Shown in pieces: positions 8,428 through 17,111 of a stretch of DNA of 64,000 bases (positions within the stretch are counted from its first letter, which is position 1; every line of letters begins with the position of its first letter). The position numbers and the translations under genes are program-made. The notes below the pieces were generated by a model. That model worked only from the letters and a program-made list of their open reading frames with translations. It was not told the DNA's origin and made no database searches. The DNA is from Candidatus Zhuqueibacterota bacterium (lineage in GTDB: Bacteria > BS750m-G25), in the NCBI GenBank assembly GCA_016783505.1, contig JADHWK010000001.1:124001-188000 (forward strand), read 5' to 3'.

Positions 8428-10335
8428 CTACTTTTTAATCCTTGTCATCCTCACCAGATAATACCCCAGGGCGGCAAAAACTAGGATGGAGATGACCTCG
8501 CCCCAGTTGCCCGGCCAGTGAAATCCGATCCCCTTGGGCCGGCCGGCGAAAAAGACATAGAAGGCGATCAGCACCCCCATAATCCCCTCCCCGGCGATAA
8601 GGCCGGAACCCAAAAGCACGCCCTTCTCCTTCCGCTGGGCTTTCAACGCCTCATCGGTCTCGGCGGCCTTTTCCACAAAGAACCTGATGCAGCCCCCAAC
8701 GTATACCGGGGTCATAGTGGATAGGGGCAAATACATCCCCACCGCAAATGGGAGGGAGGGTATCCCCAATATTTCCACCACCACGGCAAAAGCCGCTCCG
8801 GTAAACACCAACCCCCAGGGAAGATTCCCCTGCAGCACCCCCTCGATAACCGTCTTCATCAGGGTGGCTTGGGGAGCCGGGAGCTCGGCGGAGCCGAAGG
8901 TGTAGGCCTTGCCCAACAGCCACACGGCTCCGCAGATGAAGAAGGCCGAGGTCACCGCCCCAATAAGCTCGCCGGTCTGCTGCCGGCGGGGGGTGGCCCC
9001 GATTAGGTAGCCCGACTTCAAATCCTGGGAGATGTCACCGGCGATGGATGCAGCCACACACACCACCGTCCCGATGGTCAGTGCTGCCACCTTACCCACG
9101 TCATCCGTCCAACCTAAGAGATAGAAAAGGGAAGCGGTGCCCAGCAGGGTCACGATGGCCATTCCCGAGGTGGGGTTGGAGGAGACCCCCACCAAACCCA
9201 CGATGCGGGAAGATACGGTGACGAAGCAGAAGGCAAATCCGGCGATGCAGACCGCCCCTAAAAGCCGGATAGGAAGGGGTGTCTGGAAACCAATAGCGTG
9301 CGGGGTAACGGCAATCACCAGAATGACCAGCAGAGCCCCACCAAAGACCAGCATCATGGGGAGGTCATGGTCGGTGCGGATAGGTTTTTCCACCATCTCT
9401 CCAGCACTGACTTTAAGACCCTTAAGCCCCGCCTTCAGCGACCCGTACATGGTGGGCACCGATTTGATCACCGTAATAATGCCAGCAAAAGCTACCGCCC
9501 CGGCCCCAATGTAACGGATGTATCGGGTCCAGATTTCGGATGGTGACATCTCAGCAATGGATTTTAGTGATTCGGGAAAGAGAGGGGATGAAAGTCCCTC
9601 GCCGAAATGGGCGATCAGGGGGATCAGCCCCACCCAGGAGACCAGCCCCCCGGCCACCATGATAGCTGAAATCTTGTATCCTAAGATGTAGCCCACCCCG
9701 AGTAAGGCCGGGGCGGTCTCAATCCCAATCATCCCCTTTTTCAGCCCGGGGAGCTTGAGAAAGACCTTCTCTGGCCAGAGGTGCAAAAAGCCGATAAGGG
9801 CCTTATAAACCGCCCCCACCCCCATGCCCAGGAAGACATTCCTGGCCCGGGCGCCCCCTTGGTCGGCGGCGATCAAGACCTCAGCGACCGCCGTCCCTTC
9901 GGGGTAGGGCAGGCTGAGGTGTTCTTTGACTATCAGAAATCGCCTTAAGGGAATCATAGCCAAAATACCTAAAATTCCCCCCAGGATGGCCAGCATCCCC
10001 ATCTGAACGATACCCGGGTTGAACCCCCATATGAAGAGGGCGGGGATGGTGAAGATCACCCCCGAGGCCAAAGACGAGCTGGCCGACCCGGTGGTCTGGG
10101 CCATGTTATATTCCAGGATGGAGGATGGGCCTATAACCGGTCTTATGGCCCGAAACAGGGCCACGGAAATAACCGCCAGGGGGATGGAGGTGGAGATGGT
10201 CAGGCCCACCCGCAGGCCCAGGTAGGCGTTGGCGGAACCGAACAGGATACCGAAGACGGCACCGGCCAGCACGGCCTTAATGGTGAATTCTCGCAGGGAC
10301 GTTTCCGGGGAAACGTAGGGTTGATAGGCGTTCAT
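8428..10335 (-). CDS. Oligopeptide transporter, OPT family
   Basis: YLGLRVGLTISTSIP, LPYPEGTA, SSNPTSGM and LPAPQATLM motifs; ATG at 10335 preceded by AAGGAAGGAG. Confidence 0.95.
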   Translation of the reverse strand: MNAYQPYVSPETSLREFTIKAVLAGAVFGILFGSANAYLGLRVGLTISTSIPLAVISVALFRAIRPVIGPSSILEYNMAQTTGSASSSLASGVIFTIPALFIWGFNPGIVQMGMLAILGGILGILAMIPLRRFLIVKEHLSLPYPEGTAVAEVLIAADQGGARARNVFLGMGVGAVYKALIGFLHLWPEKVFLKLPGLKKGMIGIETAPALLGVGYILGYKISAIMVAGGLVSWVGLIPLIAHFGEGLSSPLFPESLKSIAEMSPSEIWTRYIRYIGAGAVAFAGIITVIKSVPTMYGSLKAGLKGLKVSAGEMVEKPIRTDHDLPMMLVFGGALLVILVIAVTPHAIGFQTPLPIRLLGAVCIAGFAFCFVTVSSRIVGLVGVSSNPTSGMAIVTLLGTASLFYLLGWTDDVGKVAALTIGTVVCVAASIAGDISQDLKSGYLIGATPRRQQTGELIGAVTSAFFICGAVWLLGKAYTFGSAELPAPQATLMKTVIEGVLQGNLPWGLVFTGAAFAVVVEILGIPSLPFAVGMYLPLSTMTPVYVGGCIRFFVEKAAETDEALKAQRKEKGVLLGSGLIAGEGIMGVLIAFYVFFAGRPKGIGFHWPGNWGEVISILVFAALGYYLVRMTRIKK

Positions 10336-10428
10336 ATCTCTCCTTCCTTGAATTGGCTGGCTCGCGCAAAGAAGCAAGTAGCCCGATTTAATGAAGGCGG
10401 GAACAGCTTAATCTTCATTCAAATGTAT

Positions 10429-10457
10429 AATATAAGCAAAGTCTCCTAAAAAATCAA
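10429..10457 (-). promoter_or_regulatory. Putative promoter of the OPT gene
   Basis: TTGATT-N17-TATATT on the minus strand. Confidence 0.5.
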
Positions 10458-10477
10458 ATTAAAAATTGAAACCCCCT

Positions 10478-10512
10478 AAAAAAGAAACGGGCAGGGGGAA
10501 ATCCCGGCCCGC
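10478..10512 (-). terminator. Intrinsic terminator after the MNT/HepT pair
   Basis: Minus strand reads GCGGGCCGGGATTTCCCCCTGCCCG followed by TTTCTTTTTT. Confidence 0.65.
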
Positions 10513-10638
10513 ATCCTGTTGAGGACAGATTTAATACCATTAAATTCATTCACAAAATTGAAAGGTCAATCTCGCCTAATGTACCGTGCATTTTCGAAGC
10601 CCTGATAAAATCGTGCTGCAGATTGCCCAACGCCGCCT

Positions 10639-10992
10639 TTATTCCTCCTCATTAAAACTCTTCAACATCGCAGCAACCATAGGTTTGGTTTCTGGTATAT
10701 TCTTGGTTACTATCTCCCAAATAATACTCAGATCTACGCCAAAGTATTCATGAATGGCAATATTCCTTAACCCAATCATTCTCCCCCATGGAATATCAGG
10801 AAATTTTCCTCTGACATCCTCTGGAATATTCCTTGACGCTTCACCGATAATTTCCATATTTCTTATAACTGCATCTACAACCATCTCGTTATTCACAAAC
10901 GTCTCATAGGCTAAACCTTTTATGTAACGCTCAATCTTATCCATAGCTTCCATAATATCTTCAACAAATAGCTTGTAGGTTCTTCTTTTCAT
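10639..10992 (-). CDS. HepT-like (DUF86) HEPN ribonuclease toxin
   Basis: DAVIRNMEIIGEA and GLRNIAIHEYFGVD (RX4HXY). Confidence 0.93.
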   Translation of the reverse strand: MKRRTYKLFVEDIMEAMDKIERYIKGLAYETFVNNEMVVDAVIRNMEIIGEASRNIPEDVRGKFPDIPWGRMIGLRNIAIHEYFGVDLSIIWEIVTKNIPETKPMVAAMLKSFNEEE

Positions 10993-11279
10993 GCGTAAAC
11001 AATCTCTTTTAAGATTTTATCTCTCAATCGTGGTTTCAAAGCTCCCACCGTAACTAAATCCACATCTTTGCCTAAAATCTCCTCCAAAAATTCCTTAATA
11101 TCAATAAATTCCCATCCTATAGGTTCATAAAATTCCACCAAGATATCAACATCGCTTTCTTCGGATTCTTCACCCTGGACGTAAGAGCCAAAAATCCCTA
11201 TCTCTTTCACCTTAAATTTCTCCCCCAAGATAGGCTTAAATCTTTTTAGCGTTTTTTCTATCTCTTCTCGCGTTTTCAT
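10989..11279 (-). CDS. Minimal nucleotidyltransferase (MNT) antitoxin
   Basis: IGIFGSYVQGE...SDVDILVEF and VDLVT motifs; ATGA overlap with the toxin. Confidence 0.93.
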   Translation of the reverse strand: MKTREEIEKTLKRFKPILGEKFKVKEIGIFGSYVQGEESEESDVDILVEFYEPIGWEFIDIKEFLEEILGKDVDLVTVGALKPRLRDKILKEIVYA

Positions 11280-11391
11280 CTTCACATTCCTCAAAGGTAG
11301 TTTTTTTCCAAGGCGGTGCCAGACATTTCACTTAAGGCTTCCGCTGTTTGTGAAGTCCCGATCCCGAAGTCTCGGGACGGGCATTTTAGTT

Positions 11392-12789
11392 CTACTTTCT
11401 GTCCTTTATCCTCCTCTCCGCAAAAGTTTTACTTTCCTGAATGGGGGTGGGATATTCCCCGGTCAGGCAGGCCTTACACACCCCAAGGCCGATGGCCTCC
11501 TCTAAGCTGGAAATGTCCTGATAGGTCACCGAATCAGCCCCGATCTCCTGCCGGATCTGCTCGTTTCCCCTGTTCGTGGAGATCAACTCCGATTGCAAGG
11601 GAAAGTCAATCCCATAGTAACAGGGGTATTTCAGCGGGGGACAGGTGGAAACCAAGTGCACCTTCCGGGCCCCTTTATCCTTCAACATCTTCACAATCTT
11701 CCGGGAGGTGGTGCCCCGGACGATGCTGTCATCCACTAAGATGAGGTCTTTGCCCCTGATCTCCGAATAGATGGGGTTTAACTTTCTCAGCACCGCATTC
11801 TCCCGCTTTTCGGGGGAGCCCATGATGAACGACCTCCCCACGTAGCGGTCTTTAATAAGAGCCTCCCGGTAGGGCAGACCCAGCTCCTCAGCTAAGATGA
11901 TCGAGGCGGTAATGGAGGTATCCGGGACGGGGGAAACTAAGTCAGCCCTTATCCCCTTAAGCTTTTTAGCCAATCCCCTTCCTAAATTCTGCCTGACATC
12001 ATACACCGACCGGCCGTTGATCCTGGATTCGGCCCGGGCAAAATACACCCATTCAAACATACAGGGGGCCGGAGCATGGCTCTGGATAACCCGAAAATGT
12101 GCGTTAAGCTCAGTGTCCACAAAGATTGCCTCCCCGGGTTTTAAGTCCCGGCTAACCCCATATCCCAGCGAATTCAGGGCGATGTCTTCCGAGGCGAAGG
12201 CGAAGCCCTTTTTCCCGTTGACATACTTTTCGCCGAAGATCAGGGGTTTAATCCCCCGGGGGTCTTTGAAGGCCAACAGCCCCTTATCGGCAATGACAGC
12301 CACCACCGAATAGGCCCCGTCCACCTGTTCGAACACCCCTTGTATGGAATCAAATACGGCCTCTTTGGAAAATCTATGCCCGCCCAACTCGTCCGAGAAC
12401 AGATTTAGAATGAGTTCCAAATCGCAGTCTGAGGTCAGGTATCTCATTCTCTCTTTCAAATTGCTTTGCAACTGATCGAAATTAACGACGTTGCCGTTAT
12501 GGGCCATGGCGATGCCGTAGGGGTAGGTGGATATGAACGGCTGGACAAAGGTCCCCGCTCCCACCGTCGGGTATCGGGTGTGACCCACCCCGATGGTTCC
12601 TTTCAAGTTACTCAGTTTCTCTTCCTTGAACACCTCTTCCACTAATCCCAGCCCCCTCTTGGCATGGAACTTATCGCTGTAGGTGATCATCCCGGCGGCA
12701 TCCTGACCCCGATGCTGGAGCGTCTTCATACCCCAGTAGATCTCATCCGATGTATCCTGAGATCCTATGATACCAATAATTCCACACAT
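11392..12789 (-). CDS. purF: Amidophosphoribosyltransferase (4Fe-4S type)
   Basis: N-terminal MCG, QHRGQD, VDDSIVRGTT; Cys ligands in PCMFE, PCYYG and CKAC. Confidence 0.97.
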   Translation of the reverse strand: MCGIIGIIGSQDTSDEIYWGMKTLQHRGQDAAGMITYSDKFHAKRGLGLVEEVFKEEKLSNLKGTIGVGHTRYPTVGAGTFVQPFISTYPYGIAMAHNGNVVNFDQLQSNLKERMRYLTSDCDLELILNLFSDELGGHRFSKEAVFDSIQGVFEQVDGAYSVVAVIADKGLLAFKDPRGIKPLIFGEKYVNGKKGFAFASEDIALNSLGYGVSRDLKPGEAIFVDTELNAHFRVIQSHAPAPCMFEWVYFARAESRINGRSVYDVRQNLGRGLAKKLKGIRADLVSPVPDTSITASIILAEELGLPYREALIKDRYVGRSFIMGSPEKRENAVLRKLNPIYSEIRGKDLILVDDSIVRGTTSRKIVKMLKDKGARKVHLVSTCPPLKYPCYYGIDFPLQSELISTNRGNEQIRQEIGADSVTYQDISSLEEAIGLGVCKACLTGEYPTPIQESKTFAERRIKDRK

Positions 12790-12791
12790 CT

Positions 12792-13409
12792 TTAAATAAA
12801 TTTATCTAAAATGAACCAGGCCCCAAAGCCGAGCATTAGAAGTCCGCAGATTTTAAAAATGAGACCTTGAACCCGTTTCCCCCAGAGATGTTTGGTTTTA
12901 AAAACCGTCAGTGATACGAAAAAACCCCAACCCAGATCGCAAAGCCAGTGAACTACCCCGAAAAGGACCACCACCCAGGGGTTGAGGTCCAACGCCTTGG
13001 AAACCAACGCCGCCCCCACCGTGCCCCACCAGGCGAAGAAATAGGGGTTAGTGGCGGTGGTAATCACCCCCACCAATACAGAGGGATAGGGCAGGTAAGA
13101 TCCTCGCTCATCCGCTACGTTTCTCAGTTTGATCATCCCGTATCCCATATAGATCAATACCAACCCACCACCTATACTAATGCCCCAGGATACCGCGGGA
13201 TTGGTAAAGATCGTTTTTAACCCGAGATAAATAGCAGCGATCAGGGGCAATTCAATGATACCGTGACCTAAAGCGATGAGGGCCCCGGCATTTTTGTTCC
13301 CGTATCCCTTGGCCACGGTAGCGGCAAACACCGGCCCTGGGGCCATCACCCCGGAAAGGGAGATGACCACGGTCAGGAATAAAAATAAACCCAATTTTGA
13401 GTAATCCAC
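12792..13409 (-). CDS. LysE family translocator
   Basis: SGVMAPGP, LGHGIIE and NPYFFAWW motifs; hydrophobic. Confidence 0.85.
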   Translation of the reverse strand: MDYSKLGLFLFLTVVISLSGVMAPGPVFAATVAKGYGNKNAGALIALGHGIIELPLIAAIYLGLKTIFTNPAVSWGISIGGGLVLIYMGYGMIKLRNVADERGSYLPYPSVLVGVITTATNPYFFAWWGTVGAALVSKALDLNPWVVVLFGVVHWLCDLGWGFFVSLTVFKTKHLWGKRVQGLIFKICGLLMLGFGAWFILDKFI

Positions 13410-13420
13410 CCTTCAAGATG

Positions 13421-13735
13421 TTAATTGTTTCTTTCCCGTTGGTAACAGTACGGGCATAATTCCTGCCCTTTAAGAAACCGGGTATCATCCTCGACACCGC
13501 AGATATCGCACCGGTTTTTCTTCCTCATCATACCAAAGAGTTCGTTCAATGGCTTTTCCATTGGGAGTTTTTCCCCCAGGGGCCTTTCCTCCAGGGGCTC
13601 TTCCTCCAGGGGCTTTTCCTCCAGGGGCCTTCCCGCTGGAAGCTTTTTCCCCCCCTGTCCTTTCTTCATGAAGAATCGGAAGAGAATCAAAAGAAACAAG
13701 AGGATAACCCCCAGATATTTGTATAGAATCTCCAT
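13421..13735 (-). CDS. Small membrane-anchored protein with PLEE[K/E/R] repeats and a C-terminal CxxC...CxxC zinc ribbon
   Basis: N-terminal TM segment, about 6 pentapeptide units (15-bp DNA repeat near 13541-13630), CDIC and CPYC; has its own upstream promoter. Confidence 0.65.
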   Translation of the reverse strand: MEILYKYLGVILLFLLILFRFFMKKGQGGKKLPAGRPLEEKPLEEEPLEERPLGEKLPMEKPLNELFGMMRKKNRCDICGVEDDTRFLKGQELCPYCYQRERNN

Positions 13736-13762
13736 GTCATTCCCCAATTATTCCTACCAATC

Positions 13763-13791
13763 AAGTTAATTAACTAAAGCGAAAATGTCAA
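13763..13791 (-). promoter_or_regulatory. Putative promoter for the small gene-LysE-purF run
   Basis: TTGACA-N17-TAACTT on the minus strand. Confidence 0.55.
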
Positions 13792-13803
13792 CAGTTTTTT
13801 CTA

Positions 13804-14988
13804 TTACCTTTTCAACACAATCCGCATGGTGGTTCCCTCGCCCACCCGGCTTTCCTTAAGTAGCAGTTTCCCCCCGTGATAATCTTCCACGATGCGTTTG
13901 GCAAGGCTAAGCCCCAATCCCCAGCCCCGGGTTTTGGTGCTGTAACCGGGTCGGAATATGTTCTTGCGGTCCTTAACCTCAATACCCTTACCGGTGTCCG
14001 CCACGTCTATGATAACCCGCTTTTTATCCATGAACGCCGATATAGAGATCTTTCCCTGTTTTTGGGTAATGGCATCCAGAGCGTTCTTCATCAGATTTTC
14101 GATCACCCAGGTGAACAGCGCCCGGTTGAGATAGACCCCGTTCAAAGTCCCATAATGCTCGCTGATTTCGATCCTCTTCCGCGTCTGGGGTACCCTTTTT
14201 TTCAAATAGTCTACTGCCTCGGAAAGTACCTCTCTTAAGTCATACTTTTTCAGCTCCTCCCTGGATCCGATTTGGGAAAAACGGGCCGCTACCTGACCCA
14301 ATCGCTGCACGTCCTTCCCCATCTCGGTGGTAATCTGCCTCAATTTCTTCCGTCCTTTAGCTTCCTCCCTTAGTATTTCCAACCAGCCCAATATGGAGGA
14401 AATGGGGGTCCCCAACTGGTGGGCGGTCTCCTTGGCCATTCCGATCCAGATGGATTTCTTTTCCGACCGCCGAATAGAGTTAAACCCCACAAATCCGATC
14501 AGGATGAACAGACTGACCACTACGATCTCTATGTAAGGAAGCCACCTCAACTGTTTGATTAAAGAAGAATCCTCGTAATGGAGGTCTTGTGAAATATCCT
14601 CTGATAGAGGAAGAGGAACGGGCTCATTGCCGGATTGATCCATTCGGTGGACAATTTTTTTCACCCGAACGATTGTTTCTGATGAACGGTCCAATCCTTC
14701 AATGCCCAGGTTCTCCAGATTCTTCCAGAACACCGGGTTTCCCTCCTCATCGGTGACAACGATAGGAAAATCTATCTTTTTGATCTCCTCAAAGGCCAGC
14801 TCAGGATTTTCGCTCATAAGAAGGGTAGTGTAATTATCCACCACCAGGGTGAGCGTCTTCCGGGATTCCTCCCGGAGGTCATCTACCAGCTTCTGCGTAT
14901 AGAACAAAACCCCCCCGATGATGGCCACCGCCAGCAGGAACAACAATCCCTTAAAGCTGACCACCCGCCGATACATCACTTTTTGCAT
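13804..14988 (-). CDS. Membrane sensor histidine kinase (no response regulator in window)
   Basis: H-box AKETAHQLGTP, N-box ENLMKNALDA, and G-boxes DTGKG and GWGLGL; two TM segments. Confidence 0.95.
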   Translation of the reverse strand: MQKVMYRRVVSFKGLLFLLAVAIIGGVLFYTQKLVDDLREESRKTLTLVVDNYTTLLMSENPELAFEEIKKIDFPIVVTDEEGNPVFWKNLENLGIEGLDRSSETIVRVKKIVHRMDQSGNEPVPLPLSEDISQDLHYEDSSLIKQLRWLPYIEIVVVSLFILIGFVGFNSIRRSEKKSIWIGMAKETAHQLGTPISSILGWLEILREEAKGRKKLRQITTEMGKDVQRLGQVAARFSQIGSREELKKYDLREVLSEAVDYLKKRVPQTRKRIEISEHYGTLNGVYLNRALFTWVIENLMKNALDAITQKQGKISISAFMDKKRVIIDVADTGKGIEVKDRKNIFRPGYSTKTRGWGLGLSLAKRIVEDYHGGKLLLKESRVGEGTTMRIVLKR

Positions 14989-15000
14989 ACCGTCCTTTAG

Positions 15001-15996
15001 CTAAATATGAATTTCTATCACATCCCCATCCTCTACCCTATGGTCCCGCTGCACCATCTGGCCGTCGTATTTTTCCGACCCCCAGATGCGGGCAAACCTG
15101 AACCTCTCGACAAAATCCTTGTGGATGGCCTTAGCCACGTCCAGTACCGTGCTCCCCTTGGGTAAAATATAGGGTTTTTCCAGGTCGGACTTTTTGCCCG
15201 GTGCCTTAGTGTAGATCCGCAGGATTTCCAACCCGTTAAAGAAAAATTCCTTCATTTCCCCGAGGTTGGCCCCGGTTTTAGCGGAAATGAATTGTATAGC
15301 GAATCCCTCCCGGATACCTCGGGATTCCACCAGTCGGTCAGCACGGAATTTCGCCCCCCCAGCATCCGCCTTGTTCCCCACAACGACCGCCTTTTTAGTA
15401 ATCACAGAGAGCCCATCCGCCCTTTCACCACTGCTTTTGCTCAGCCGGATATTAACTCTCTCCAGCATCCGCACCAGGCTCAGCACCTGCTCTTCCGGCT
15501 GGGAGGCCCCAAGATCAACCACCAGCACCGCCAGATCAGCGCATCGGATGATGTTGTAGACCCAGGACTCGGTGTATTCCTCTGAGATAGGGGGCAGGTC
15601 CACCAACTGAATCTGAATGTCCTGATATGGCATCATTCCCGCCAGCGGCCTGAAAGTGGAGAAGGGATAATCGGCCACCTGGGGATGGGCATTGGTAACC
15701 GCCGCCAGGATACTGGACTTTCCCGAATTGGGGAGCCCCACCAAGGCCAACTGTCCCGCTCCCTCCTTCTCGATATAATCCGGGGCGGCTGCCTTGCCGA
15801 TCTTGGGTTTCTTCTTTGCCTCCTCAAGGTGGCGGGCGATCCGTCGCTTGAGGTCGCCCTGAAGGTGCTCGGTCCCCTTATGCTTGGGCATCACAGCCAG
15901 CATCTCCCGCAGGGCCTCAATCTTCTCCTTGGGGGTCCGGGCTTCCCGATACCGCTTCTCGGCGGCAAAATAATCAGGGGGTAAATTAGCCGGCAT
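15001..15996 (-). CDS. DRG/Obg-like GTPase with C-terminal TGS domain
   Basis: MPANLPP start, GLPNSGKS, YPFST, NKAD; TGS region IHKDF...ARIWG. Confidence 0.9.
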   Translation of the reverse strand: MPANLPPDYFAAEKRYREARTPKEKIEALREMLAVMPKHKGTEHLQGDLKRRIARHLEEAKKKPKIGKAAAPDYIEKEGAGQLALVGLPNSGKSSILAAVTNAHPQVADYPFSTFRPLAGMMPYQDIQIQLVDLPPISEEYTESWVYNIIRCADLAVLVVDLGASQPEEQVLSLVRMLERVNIRLSKSSGERADGLSVITKKAVVVGNKADAGGAKFRADRLVESRGIREGFAIQFISAKTGANLGEMKEFFFNGLEILRIYTKAPGKKSDLEKPYILPKGSTVLDVAKAIHKDFVERFRFARIWGSEKYDGQMVQRDHRVEDGDVIEIHI

Positions 15997-16064
15997 TTTT
16001 CATCTTTACAAGTCCCCTTTATTAAGGGGGAATTTAGGGGGGTGTTAAAACCAATTGGATACTA

Positions 16065-16694
16065 TTAAGGAGCTATGTCTCTTTCTTTTTCCTCCCTCTC
16101 AATCCAATCCCCAGTAACCGCTACTACATCTTCCATGTTGTTTTTTACATCAGAATCATAAAACCTTAAGAATTCTAAACCTTAGTTTTTCGATTTCCTT
16201 CTGTCGTATCTTATCCTCTTTGAACTTGTCTTCATGGCTGATGCCATCAATTTCAATCGCCAAACGAAGTCTGCTGCAATAGAAATCTACAATGTAATTC
16301 CCCATAGGTTTTTGCCGGGTGAATTTATAGCCTTTTATCTGTCCTCCTTTGATCTGCATCCAAAGTAGTACTTCATATAAAGTGCCTTCCCTACGCAATT
16401 CAGTCGGGCTGGCCTGTGGCACAACCCAAAAATTGTTGATTTTCCGTCTGAAGATCTCGCCTACCCAGCAAGGGGCAGAACCTATCCCGAAGCATCGGGA
16501 TAAGGTTGAGCGTAGCCTCCTTCGGACTGGTTAAAGCTTTCTTTAATAACCAGTCAACCAGAACCTCTCTTTAGAGCGGTTCTAAACATAATCCCTAAAT
16601 TATCAATTGCGATGGTTCTGCCACAGGGCTGGGTGCCTGACCGATTTCTTGAGAGTGCTTTCAGTTTTGGATTGTAATAAGTTTTCTTTACCAT
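16065..16694 (-). pseudogene. DUF559 (Vsr-like) endonuclease, interrupted and frameshifted
   Basis: ATG at 16694 gives MVKKTYYNPKLKALSR. Removing 16400-16644 restores ...SRKLRREGTLYEVLLW...FTRQKPMGNYIVDFYC...EIDGISH. One extra base near 16182 shifts the frame away from GLEFLRFYDSDVKNNMEDV. Confidence 0.9.
16400..16644. mobile_element. Nested palindromic insertion (245 bp)
   Basis: The ends TCAGTCGGGC and GCCTGACCGA join into the exact reverse complement of 20926-20945. Inner 14/16 inverted repeat at 16411-16426 and 16614-16629. Confidence 0.85.
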
Positions 16695-16840
16695 TTCTTA
16701 AACACCCCCCTTCTGTTCCTCCTCGAAACTTCGGGGGGGATACCACCTCACGCCTCGCCATCCACGAATAGGAAATTTCCCAAGTTTCATAAAGAGGAAA
16801 GAACTTTTGGAACCTTTAAGTTCAGTTATGAAATATTTGA

Positions 16841-16999
16841 TTACCCCCCCAAAATCCGGGAAGTACCAAAAATAATAATCTTCGGCCGGTCATGGCGGAC
16901 ACACTGGGTTTTGAGGAAATTATTCGTCATAATCTTTCCGATCTTATCCTCACTCATCCCAAAAGTCAGCGAGTCGAAGATCAGCACCCTGTTTAGCAT
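16841..16999 (-). pseudogene. Possible N-terminal fragment of a YedF/DsrE-like sulfurtransferase
   Basis: Promoter TTGATT-N17-TAATAT (17029-17057) and GGAGG RBS. The 52-aa MLNRVLIFDSLTFGMSEDKIGKIMTNNFLKTQCVRHDRPKIIIFG... resembles the start of the YedF DsrE domain (by eye). Confidence 0.45.
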
Positions 17000-17111
17000 A
17001 AATCCCTCCATATCTTCACCCGCCCTTAATATTAATAAACAAAAGAGAAAAAATCAATCAAAAAAACTAAAAAAAGCAGGTAATCCGAAACATATTTCTG
17101 TAAATCCCCTT

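Larger units (their letters stand above)
16013..16740. mobile_element. Palindrome-bounded DUF559 element
   Basis: The left end TCCCCTTTATTAAGGGGGAATTTAGGGGGGTGTTAA (16013-16048) is an imperfect inverted copy of the right end TTAAACACCCCCCTTCTGTTCCTCCT...GGGGGGA (16698-16740). Confidence 0.65.

Noticed and set aside
10572-10637. attC-like boxes (GCCTAAT, GCCCAAC) after the HEPN toxin
   Set aside because: The two boxes are in the same orientation rather than inverted, and there is no integrase or cassette array
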